Shown in pieces: positions 1-7,808 of a stretch of DNA of 13,499 nucleotides. The stretch is from positions 1 to 13,499 of the forward strand of contig JBDRNT010000134.1 in assembly GCA_043810925.1 (NCBI GenBank). Direction: 5' to 3'. Under the pieces are notes generated by a model. The model ran no database searches. It was given only the letters and a program-made list of their open reading frames with translations, and was not told the DNA's origin. Made by a program: the position numbers and the translations under genes. Source of the stretch: Candidatus Eiseniibacteriota bacterium (GTDB taxonomy: Bacteria > Arandabacterota > Arandabacteria > Arandabacterales > Arandabacteraceae). Every line of letters starts with the position of its first letter. Positions within the stretch are counted from its first letter, which is position 1.

Positions 1-1
1 G

Positions 2-142
2 CTATACAGCCGGTCTGAGGACTCGCTTGCAGAGCGCATGCGTGCTATCCAGTTGGCTGACATAGAGAGGCTTCGTTCTCGGGGCTTGAGCGACCACCCG
101 TATCGCTGGGCCGGGTTCATAGCGCTGGGGGATTGGAGGTAG
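2..142 (+). CDS. 3' end of a CHAT-domain (caspase-like) protein, partial (begins upstream of window)
   Basis: Frame +2 reads LYSRSEDSLAERMRAIQLADIERLRSRGLSDHPYRWAGFIALGDWR* (TAG 140-142). It contains the CHAT terminal motif HPYxWAxFxxxGDW and aligns ungapped at 24/46 identity to the C-terminus of 9488-12685. Confidence 0.9.
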   Translation, partial: LYSRSEDSLAERMRAIQLADIERLRSRGLSDHPYRWAGFIALGDWR

Positions 143-339
143 GCAGCCGGGGATGCTCCTCGGCGGACGCTGCGGATCACGCAGGCGACTCCCCGAATTC
201 GGAGCAATCGCACACAGGGCTTCATCTGCAACCCACCGGCCGCCCGAGTAGCGCATCACGGCTTCTCGGGCAACCGCGGTGGACCGGTGTTGCCTTCCCA
301 GATTTATAGAAGTCAGTCTTCCGTCGATGCTGCACCCCT

Positions 340-413
340 CTATGAGGCTACCAGAGTGAAGCCCAATTCAGCACCTTTTCGAGTCCGCTTTTGTCTGACG
401 GCGAGAACGGAGC
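340..413 (+). repeat. 74-bp direct repeat copy A, probable degenerate IS right end
   Basis: ctatgaggctaccagagtgaagcccaattcagcaccttttcgagtccgcttttgtctgacggcgagaacggagc matches 9218-9291 ungapped at 63/74. Confidence 0.85.
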
Positions 414-576
414 GCGGTACGGCCTCACTTCCGTACAACACGCTTGCCGAGGCTGTAGCAACTGCCGACCGAGGCGACCATATTGCAGTCGAAAGCGGCA
501 GTTCGGGTGAGACGCTAACGATTTCCAAGAACGTCATCGTGCATGCGCGTTAGGGCTGGCTGTGGTGGGGCAGTAG
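411..576 (+). pseudogene. Orphan C-terminal fragment of a secreted-protein module (GT..PYNT..EAV...G..I.V..G...ETLTI.K.V type, DUF1565-like), apparently frameshifted near its end
   Basis: Reads (E)RGTASLPYNTLAEAVATADRGDHIAVESGSSGETLTISKNVIVHAR* (TAG 551-553); an alternative frame continues LGLAVVGQ* (TAG 574-576). It has no start of its own and begins at the end of repeat A. Confidence 0.55.
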
Positions 577-596
577 GTGGTTCAGGTGGCCGTATC

Positions 597-746
597 GTGA
601 AGGGAGACAAGCACAATGAAGAGCAGACCATCAGGACTACGACTCTCCTGCGACCTCATAGCTGCCTCCTTACGGGACCGGGCAGCCCCTCGAAGTGCAG
701 CTTGGAGTATAACCCCTACGAATCCGGATTTCTCTGACGACGAACA
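597..746 (+). mobile_element. Internally deleted IS3-family remnant (OrfA start joined to OrfB end and right terminus)
   Basis: VKGDKHNEEQTIR resembles IS3 OrfA N-termini (MK..R.SEEQII). RPHSCL (651-668) resembles the OrfB YN..RPHSSL motif. The terminus 692-746 ends ...tctgacgacgaaca and aligns ungapped at 34/55 to 9231-9285. Confidence 0.5.
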
Positions 747-770
747 CTCTGGCTCGGGATCGGCTATAAT

Positions 771-873
771 GAGGTGAAAGCCGCGATCGAAGACGCCGCC
801 GCAGCGTCTTAGGTAGCGCACGCACGGGCGGTTGACCACCCGAAGCTTCTCCCGGACAACGGGCCCGCCTTTT
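771..873 (+). pseudogene. IS3-family transposase integrase-core fragment with in-frame stop
   Basis: Reads EVKAAIEDAAAAS*VAHARAVDHPKLLPDNGPAF, resembling the 'P.LLSDNG..F/Y' second-Asp motif of IS3 DDE domains. Confidence 0.5.
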
Positions 874-939
874 CCGTCCGAATTTCCCGGTCTCTCACCG
901 TTATATAGCTGGCCGCAGGAAAGAGAAAGGAGAACGGTC

Positions 940-1065
940 ATGTGGTTCCTGGAAGCAATGTGGCATGCTGGACTGCTGTACAGTGTCTTGCTGCAAGCAG
1001 CTCTCCCTGCGGGTCCGGCCAATAGACACTTCAATCAGGCGAAACGAAGGTTTTGGACTGAGTGA
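940..1065 (+). CDS. Possible 41-aa small protein with hydrophobic N-terminal half
   Basis: AAGGAG (927-932) precedes ATG 940. It reads MWFLEAMWHAGLLYSVLLQAALPAGPANRHFNQAKRRFWTE*. No recognisable family. Confidence 0.25.
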   Translation: MWFLEAMWHAGLLYSVLLQAALPAGPANRHFNQAKRRFWTE

Positions 1066-1194
1066 AATCAAGGAGCGATTCATGTGAGCGGGTGATCCTG
1101 GGGGAACCAGGTACATCGGAGGTGACCCATGAAACTCAGATTGAATGTCATCTGCTGACAATCCTGGTGCAGTGTCGCCTGAAAGGAGGCTGAG

Positions 1195-4100
1195 ATGAAA
1201 ACCAGCAGCGTCACCCTGTGCTCGTTCGCGGCGGTTTTGCTGCTTACTGTCTTGCTGCCAAGACATTGCCGTGCGGATGGATGGGCGGTGGGGCCCACCG
1301 GTCTCCGGATGCATTCAGCAGATGCTGGCTCCACCTGGGCGAAGGATTTTCCAACCACCAGCAATTTCAATAATGTGTTCTTCCTGAACGACGACAGAGG
1401 CTGGATCGTCGGAAATCAGGTGGTATACCGTACAACGACTGGCGGGGATACCTGGATATCAGCCTCAAATCCGTACATCCTGAACTCGGTCTTCTTCGTC
1501 AACAGCACGACTGGCTGGGCGGTAGGTAACCAGGCTATTCTCAAGTCCACCGATGGTGGTGCGACCTGGGTGCAACAGGTCTCGACACCGAACAACTTCT
1601 ACTCGGTGCATGCAGTGGATACCAACCATGCTTGGGCCGTGGGCTGCAATGTGAGATATAGAACCACAGATGGAGGCAATACCTGGGACGGTGATTTCGT
1701 AATCGATGAGCTGCAATCCGTCTTCTTTATCAACAGCAATAAGGGCTGGATCGTCGGGAACCAGGTGATAGAGAGGTCGACCGATGGTGGCGTGACTTGG
1801 GAAGTCGATCATCCCACACCATACAACTTCATGTCGGTGTATTTTGTTAGCGAGGATGATGGGGTCGCCGCAGGCGACCATCTTCTTTGGATTACGCACG
1901 ATAGCGGTGACACCTGGGAAAGGAACTACCCGAGCTATTCGCTACATTCGGTCTGGTGTTTGGGAGACGACTATGGGTGGGCGATGGGGACTTCTGGTGT
2001 CCAGTTGAGAACGCACGACTTCTGGGATACTTGGGATGTCACGTTTCCTGGTGGACCGTATACGGTCAAATCGGTCTGCTTCACAAGCATCCCGGTCGCT
2101 GTCACCGTTGGAACGGTCCCGAGCGGGCGTTCATTCTCGGCGGACGGAGCACCCTATTCAAGCCAACACACCTTCAGGTGGAATTCGAGCAGCTCGCACA
2201 CGGTCGGCACCACGTCACCCCAGTCTGGTGGTTCCAATACGCGGTATGTGTGGGAAAGCTGGAGCGATGGCGGAGCCATTATCCATGCAGTCAGCGTGCC
2301 CATATCCGACAATACATATACGGCCCATTTCGACACCCAGTACTACTTGACCATGAATGCAGGGACTGGTGGGAGTGTGTCCCCATCCAGCGGGTGGCGC
2401 GACGCAGGTGATGAAGTGACCATTGAGGCCTATCCAGCGGGTGGCTATATCTTCGATTATTGGCAGGGCACCGGAAGCGGATCGTACGGCGGTCACAATA
2501 ACCCCGCAAGCATAACGATGAGTGGACCCATCACGGAGACTGCTCGTTTCGATCGGGTTGTTTCAGTCGTTGTGAACACGAATCCTGACAGCCTCTCCTT
2601 TACGGTCGACGGAGTTGCTTACATGAGCGAGCAGACCTTCACTTGGGGTTCCGGAGACTCACACACTATCGGAACGTCATCCCCTCAATCCGGAGGTTCA
2701 GGGACACGGTATTTATGGACGAGCTGGAGTGACGGTGGGGCCATCACACATACGGTCTCACCGACGAGCAATCAGACCTTCACAGCCCACCTCGACACTC
2801 AATACTATCTGACGATGGTTGCCGCTGCTGGCGGCAGCGTAACGCCCTCCAGTGATTGGCATGATGCGGGTGATTCGGTGACTATCTCGGCATCCGCTGA
2901 CTCCGGATTCAGATTTGAAGCGTGGGCAGGCGTTGGAAATGGCTCCTACAGCGGGTCCGACAACCCTGCGACGATCACGCTGAATGGGCCCATAAGCGAG
3001 ACGGCTGCCTTCTCAGGATACCAGATAGCCCTGATGGGCTACAGAGCCCACGAGGGGGCTGGCGAGGTGATTGAAGCACACTGGGCTACAGGCAACTTGG
3101 GGAACACCTGGGACGAGGGTGAATGGATACCGTACCAGGTCGTCATCGAAGACATCGCACCTGGTCTCGCAGGCCTCGACTCGATTGTGGTCTCATTCGA
3201 TTTCACGTGCAACTCATCTGGTGAAATCTATCGATTCATAGACCTTGTACGGAGTATGCAGGTGAGAAGCGCTCCTCTCGATGACACCCAGGGCTGGCCT
3301 GAGCCTGACGGGACGCCCTTCCCAGTGAACACTAGATCTGAGATTGAGGCTGCTCAGAGCCATGGTCCTGAGAATACATGGGCGGGGTTCGTAATGCTCG
3401 ACCTACCTGATGACCAGCTGAACCGTCAGCTGGATGGTGGCCTGGACTTACCTCCGGGTGAACCGCGCCACATCTTCAAAATCTACAGAGATGACCTTAT
3501 AGCAGCTGGTGTCGACATAAACTCCACGACGATAGCCGTATATTTCCAGCTGCATGAATCGAGAAGCTTCGTATGGATGAACCAGCTGCAGGCGGAATAT
3601 GATACCTTGCCAGCCGTCGGCTGGGGCGGCTACCTGTACGGAGCGGATGGCTGGCCAACTGCCGCTTCATTATCCGGATCGGGATATGTACCAGGCTTAT
3701 CCGGACACGTACATGTCGAAGTCCCGGAAGGCAGCCCTGACGTGCCTATCCCGATTCCGGACTGGCCTGCGGGCGTGGTCAGCGGTTTCAAGTGGGGCGA
3801 TAGTGACAGTGACGCAGTGTGGGATGTGGGTGAGGCCGCCCTGGCCGGCTGGGCGATCCATGTTTTCGGGAACCTCGAGCAAACAGACTTCAACACAAGC
3901 ATGCTGACAAACCTGTCCGGATACTATTCGTTCGAAAACCTTACGTGCTCGACAGCATGGATTCTCAAGGAGGACGCCCAGCCGGATGCTTCTCCCGGGT
4001 CCACTCATGTCCAGACATACCCGCGGGTGAATACGGTAAAGGGGCTGGGCACCGGCATCGCCGTTACCCCTCCGCCAGCAGGTGTCGCCGACGTTGGGTG

Positions 4101-4467
4101 GGAGGTTCTGCTCACACTCGACACGATGGTTCAGGACAGTCTCAATTTCGGCAACAGCCAGTCGGTATCGGGAATCACCCTTGCCGATGCAGACATCGGT
4201 TTGGGAGTTCCTTTCCCGAACCCGTGCGCTCATGTTGCATTGCTAAGTTACAGCATACCAGTCGCGTCGAGGGTGGTAATGAGAATCTACAACGTTCAAG
4301 GACAGCCGGTAAGGACGCTAGTTGATTGTATAACCCAGCCGGGCCATCACAACACCATGTGGAACGGCCGAGATGATTCGGGCGTGAGAGTGGCTCCGGG
4401 GATCTATGTCTGTCGAATGGTAGCAAGTGGGTATGAAGGGAGACGCAAGGTTATACTGCTGGATTAG
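1195..4467 (+). CDS. Secreted multidomain protein: 7 Asp-box (BNR)/YCF48-like propeller, tandem Ig-like/divergent InlB-B repeats, unknown domain, SdrD-B-like domain, FlgD-Ig/T9SS-type CTD
   Basis: 1090 aa with SD aaggagg before the ATG and a signal peptide (..LLLTVLLPRHCRA/D). Seven GW.VG...(S/T).DGG.TW units follow. Later motifs are VSGFKWGDSDSD..WD.GE..LAGW...TN.SGYY.F..L (SdrD-B-like) and a C-terminal FPNP..IYNVQGQPVRTLV..WNGRDDSG..VAPGIYVCRM..KVILL. Confidence 0.9.
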   Translation: MKTSSVTLCSFAAVLLLTVLLPRHCRADGWAVGPTGLRMHSADAGSTWAKDFPTTSNFNNVFFLNDDRGWIVGNQVVYRTTTGGDTWISASNPYILNSVFFVNSTTGWAVGNQAILKSTDGGATWVQQVSTPNNFYSVHAVDTNHAWAVGCNVRYRTTDGGNTWDGDFVIDELQSVFFINSNKGWIVGNQVIERSTDGGVTWEVDHPTPYNFMSVYFVSEDDGVAAGDHLLWITHDSGDTWERNYPSYSLHSVWCLGDDYGWAMGTSGVQLRTHDFWDTWDVTFPGGPYTVKSVCFTSIPVAVTVGTVPSGRSFSADGAPYSSQHTFRWNSSSSHTVGTTSPQSGGSNTRYVWESWSDGGAIIHAVSVPISDNTYTAHFDTQYYLTMNAGTGGSVSPSSGWRDAGDEVTIEAYPAGGYIFDYWQGTGSGSYGGHNNPASITMSGPITETARFDRVVSVVVNTNPDSLSFTVDGVAYMSEQTFTWGSGDSHTIGTSSPQSGGSGTRYLWTSWSDGGAITHTVSPTSNQTFTAHLDTQYYLTMVAAAGGSVTPSSDWHDAGDSVTISASADSGFRFEAWAGVGNGSYSGSDNPATITLNGPISETAAFSGYQIALMGYRAHEGAGEVIEAHWATGNLGNTWDEGEWIPYQVVIEDIAPGLAGLDSIVVSFDFTCNSSGEIYRFIDLVRSMQVRSAPLDDTQGWPEPDGTPFPVNTRSEIEAAQSHGPENTWAGFVMLDLPDDQLNRQLDGGLDLPPGEPRHIFKIYRDDLIAAGVDINSTTIAVYFQLHESRSFVWMNQLQAEYDTLPAVGWGGYLYGADGWPTAASLSGSGYVPGLSGHVHVEVPEGSPDVPIPIPDWPAGVVSGFKWGDSDSDAVWDVGEAALAGWAIHVFGNLEQTDFNTSMLTNLSGYYSFENLTCSTAWILKEDAQPDASPGSTHVQTYPRVNTVKGLGTGIAVTPPPAGVADVGWEVLLTLDTMVQDSLNFGNSQSVSGITLADADIGLGVPFPNPCAHVALLSYSIPVASRVVMRIYNVQGQPVRTLVDCITQPGHHNTMWNGRDDSGVRVAPGIYVCRMVASGYEGRRKVILLD
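2095..3012 (+). repeat. Intragenic tandem duplication of a two-domain unit (about 152 aa; 2095-2550 and 2560-3012)
   Basis: Shared blocks: SHT(V/I)GT(T/S)SPQSGGS.TRY.W.SWSDGGAI.H.VS, DTQYYLTM...GGSV.PSS.W.DAGD.VTI.A and GSY.G..NPA.IT..GPI.ETA.F. Confidence 0.9.
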
Positions 4468-4622
4468 TGGTGGCGTCCGGCACCTTGCGGGAATGAGAAG
4501 TAACATGCCTTTTCAGCCTGGGTGAGAGACAGAACAGGCATAAGGCATCGGGAGCAGCTCAATCTAGGTTGTCCTGAAGGGGCTGCTAAGGCTCATCACA
4601 TCCGCAAAGGAGGTAGGTTGCT

Positions 4623-7601
4623 ATGGGATCGAGAGGGTGGTTGTGCATTGTCTGGAGTTTTGTCTTTCTCTTTTGGAACGGCAGCGTTCGCGGAGTCGAA
4701 GTCGGTGATAGGGCAACTCCGAGAGAGTACGGGCAACAGAAACCGGTTCTGACAGGAATGGCCTCAAGCTCGCTCAGTCACTACGATATCCTGCGACCAC
4801 CACAAAGCTGTGAAATGCGGCCCGTGGGTGAGGCAGCGACGTTGTCCTATCAGCTGGCGGTTTACTATGTTCTACCGACCGACATTCCATATGAGAATGA
4901 CGTCCACGATCAGCTTATAGAGTCGACCCACCATTTGCAGGCCTGGTACCAGGTCGCATCTGGGGGCGTTACGTGGAAGCTTGCTTATCCGGAGATAGTA
5001 AGGGTGTACTATGCTGATCATCCGAGATCATTTTATACGAGCGACTGGTGGGGGCTCCTCCTCACAGAGATGCAATCCAATGGTTATCCGATATGGTCTG
5101 CTGGCACGATAACGGCACTCTGGGTAAGGGGGGCAGGTGGGTTTGCCGGAGGAGCACAGTGGTGCGATGGAGATTGTGGGGTAGCTCTACTCGGCGTTGA
5201 AATCTATCCTCAGTTCAACAACCCGGAATGGTCTGGGCATGTCTGTCCCGGTGGTCAGGGTGTGGGTGCATTTCCCTGCACCCCGGAAGGCGCCTATGTT
5301 CACGAACTCGGGCACACATTGGGCTTGCAACATCCAATAGATGTGCCGGAGCTCGCACCGTATGCCTACCACAGCGTCATGCAAACGCACTGGAACTTCC
5401 CCGATTTTGCGCCGCCCAGTGAGAGCCCGTGGGGGTTTCTGAGGCCTGAGCGCGTGGCCATTCGCGCCAACCCGTTTATGCACTCGGGCGTAAGCCTCTA
5501 CCAATACTATCCTGCCGCGGATGTGGTGAATCTGCCCCCATCCGGATCTGCACCGACAGCCGGCTTTTCGGTAGACCGCTTGTCAGACCTGGAAATACAG
5601 TGCCTCAACAGTTCATCGGGAGCAACGCATCACTACTGGACGTTCGGCGACGGCAGCGTGAGCACGGAATCATCACCCGTACACGCCTATCAGGGTGAGG
5701 GAACATATGAGATCATTCTTCGTGCGAGCAACGATGCTTCGATGATAGGAACGGACAGGTGCTCATTCAATACCAAGAGCATCGATCTCGGGCCTGTGGC
5801 TGTCGGGAGCTCTTGCGACACCACGCTCACTATCATGAACAGCGGCACAGAAACGGTCACGGGGTGGGTCGGCGAGAGCTGTGACGGCTTTGCCGTAGTG
5901 TCGGGCGGAGGTAATTACTCACTCGCGCCCGGCGAGTCTCTTGTCATTGAGGTGCGGTTCGAGCCCGCTACAGCCGGCCTACACGTATGCCACGTCGAAA
6001 TGGGAGCACTTAGTTGTACTGGTCGGGAATTCAGAGGCGACGCCGTGCTAGTGGGCGCTGCTTCATGGCAGAAGATATCTGATACCGAAGGTGGTTTCAC
6101 GGGCACACTCGATGATCTTGACTACCTGGGGTGCTCTCTGTGCAGGGTCGGGGATCTGGACGGTGATGAAGTGGAGGATCTCGCCGTGGGGGCGGACTGC
6201 GATGACGACGGGGGTACCGATCGGGGAGCAGTCTGGGTGCTTTTCTTGAACGTCGACGGCACGGTCAAGGCATGCCAGAAGATATCTGATACCGAAGGTG
6301 GTTTTGCCGGCGTATTGGACAACGATGACGAGATGGGTATCTCCGTATGCTCTGTGGGGGACCTGGACGGTGACGGAATTCCCGATCTGGCTGCCGGAGC
6401 TTACAGGGATGATGACGGGGGCACCAACCGGGGAGCAGTCTGGGTGCTTTTCATGAATGCCAATGGCACAGTCAAGGCGTTTCAGAAGATATCTGACACG
6501 CAGGGCGGTTTCACGGGCACACTTGATGACTACGACTTCTTCGGCTGCTCAGTTTGCTCGCTGGGCGACTTGAACGGTGATGGGGTCGAGGATCTTGCTG
6601 TCGGGGCCTTGCATGATGACGACGGTGGCGACGCCCGGGGAGCAGTCTGGGTGCTCTTCTTGAACACCAACGGCACAGTCAAGGCTTATCAGAAGATATC
6701 AGGCACCGAGGGCGGATTCATGGGCATCCTGGATAACAGCGATTTCTTCGGTTCCTCTCTATGCGGGCTGGAAGATCTCGACGGTGATGGTATCCACGAC
6801 CTTGCGGCAGGGGCTTTGTATGATGACGACGGGGGCACCGATCGAGGGGCAGTTTGGGTGCTGTTCATGAACACGGACGGCACGGTCAAGGCGCACCAGA
6901 AGGTATCTGACACTCAGGGCGGCTCGACAGGTGTGCTGGATAACGGTGACTGTTTCGGCACGTCGGTTGACCTGCTCGGGGATCTTGACGGAGACGGGAT
7001 CCAGGATCTCGCCGTGGGAGCGCAATACGATGATGATGGAGGCACCGATCGGGGGGCAGTGTGGCTGCTCTTCATGAATGCCAATGGGACGGTCAAGGAA
7101 CACCAGAAGATATCTGATACGCGCGGTGGCCTCAGAGGGACATTGGAGGACTCCGACTGCTTTGCTGTGTCCGTGTGTTCGCTGGGCGACCTTAATAGCG
7201 ACGGGTTCGAGGATCTCGTCGTTGGAGCCTACGGGGATGACGATGGAGGGCACAACCGTGGCGCGGTTTGGGTGGTGTTTCTCGATGCGTATACACCGTC
7301 AGGTATTCCTGATGAGCAGCCAGCGAGCCCCGCCTACATTCAAATCTTCCCGAATCCCCTGACCGACGTCACGCACATCCGGTTCAGTCTTGATCATGAA
7401 GCGACGGTTGCTCTCGCCATTTACGATGTGGGAGGCAGGCTCGTGCGTATTCTGTTGAATCAGCACCTCGGGCCAGGCACCTACTGTCAGGTCTGGGATG
7501 GTTGCAACCACACCCACGAGCAGGTCTCAGCCGGTGTCTACTTCTGCCGACTAGATGTTGCAGGTGAGGCTCGTACCACCAAGATTATACTGTCGAGGTA
7601 A
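4623..7601 (+). CDS. Secreted metzincin zinc metallopeptidase with PKD, ASH/choice-of-anchor-like Ig domain, FG-GAP (integrin-alpha-like) repeats and FlgD-Ig/T9SS-type CTD
   Basis: 992 aa with SD aaggaggt and a signal peptide. HELGHTLGLQH (5301-5333) is HEXXHXXGXXH, followed by a SVM Met-turn. PKD motif YWTFGDGSVS...P.HAY...G.Y.I.L is present, then GDLDGDG..DLAVGA repeats and a FPNP..IYDVGGRLVR..WDG..VSAGVYFCRL CTD. Confidence 0.92.
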   Translation: MGSRGWLCIVWSFVFLFWNGSVRGVEVGDRATPREYGQQKPVLTGMASSSLSHYDILRPPQSCEMRPVGEAATLSYQLAVYYVLPTDIPYENDVHDQLIESTHHLQAWYQVASGGVTWKLAYPEIVRVYYADHPRSFYTSDWWGLLLTEMQSNGYPIWSAGTITALWVRGAGGFAGGAQWCDGDCGVALLGVEIYPQFNNPEWSGHVCPGGQGVGAFPCTPEGAYVHELGHTLGLQHPIDVPELAPYAYHSVMQTHWNFPDFAPPSESPWGFLRPERVAIRANPFMHSGVSLYQYYPAADVVNLPPSGSAPTAGFSVDRLSDLEIQCLNSSSGATHHYWTFGDGSVSTESSPVHAYQGEGTYEIILRASNDASMIGTDRCSFNTKSIDLGPVAVGSSCDTTLTIMNSGTETVTGWVGESCDGFAVVSGGGNYSLAPGESLVIEVRFEPATAGLHVCHVEMGALSCTGREFRGDAVLVGAASWQKISDTEGGFTGTLDDLDYLGCSLCRVGDLDGDEVEDLAVGADCDDDGGTDRGAVWVLFLNVDGTVKACQKISDTEGGFAGVLDNDDEMGISVCSVGDLDGDGIPDLAAGAYRDDDGGTNRGAVWVLFMNANGTVKAFQKISDTQGGFTGTLDDYDFFGCSVCSLGDLNGDGVEDLAVGALHDDDGGDARGAVWVLFLNTNGTVKAYQKISGTEGGFMGILDNSDFFGSSLCGLEDLDGDGIHDLAAGALYDDDGGTDRGAVWVLFMNTDGTVKAHQKVSDTQGGSTGVLDNGDCFGTSVDLLGDLDGDGIQDLAVGAQYDDDGGTDRGAVWLLFMNANGTVKEHQKISDTRGGLRGTLEDSDCFAVSVCSLGDLNSDGFEDLVVGAYGDDDGGHNRGAVWVVFLDAYTPSGIPDEQPASPAYIQIFPNPLTDVTHIRFSLDHEATVALAIYDVGGRLVRILLNQHLGPGTYCQVWDGCNHTHEQVSAGVYFCRLDVAGEARTTKIILSR
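6069..7283 (+). repeat. Six tandem 207-nt (69-aa) FG-GAP repeats
   Basis: QK(I/V)S codons start at 6069, 6276, 6483, 6690, 6897 and 7104 (exact 207-nt period). Each unit carries (G/E)DL(D/N)(G/S)D..DL..GA..DDDGG..RGAVW..F. Confidence 0.95.
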
Positions 7602-7658
7602 TATCAAATGACCCTACGAGGCTTCCGGTATCGTTCCAGGGGGGCATGTCGGTCCACG

Positions 7659-7696
7659 CCGCACAGGAGGTTTTTCCTGTGCGGTTCTCTTTTGTT
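7659..7696 (+). terminator. Rho-independent terminator after the metzincin gene
   Basis: Perfect 10-bp stem ccgcacagga (7659-7668) / tcctgtgcgg (7675-7684), 6-nt loop, followed by ttctcttttgtt. Confidence 0.8.
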
Positions 7697-7745
7697 GGAA
7701 TCGTGCACTATGGGCAGAAGCCGGAGCTCCTGGTGCGGTTGTTCA

Positions 7746-7775
7746 TTGAAATGGCTGCCGCACATGTGATACACT
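7746..7775 (+). promoter_or_regulatory. Candidate sigma70-type promoter for 7809-8819
   Basis: TTGAAA (7746-7751), 18-nt spacer, TGn-TACACT (7770-7775). It lies just after a terminator and before an SD/ATG. Confidence 0.45.
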
Positions 7776-7808
7776 CTTTGGACGCAGCAGAGTAAGGAGA
7801 GATATACC

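Noticed and set aside
287..553. 88-aa ORF as a real gene
   Set aside because: It is a chimera reading through repeat A into a gene fragment, with a non-ATG start and no SD.
6069..7283. Regular DNA repeats as a possible CRISPR array
   Set aside because: The 207-nt period is in frame and encodes FG-GAP units; there is no short repeat-spacer structure and no cas genes.
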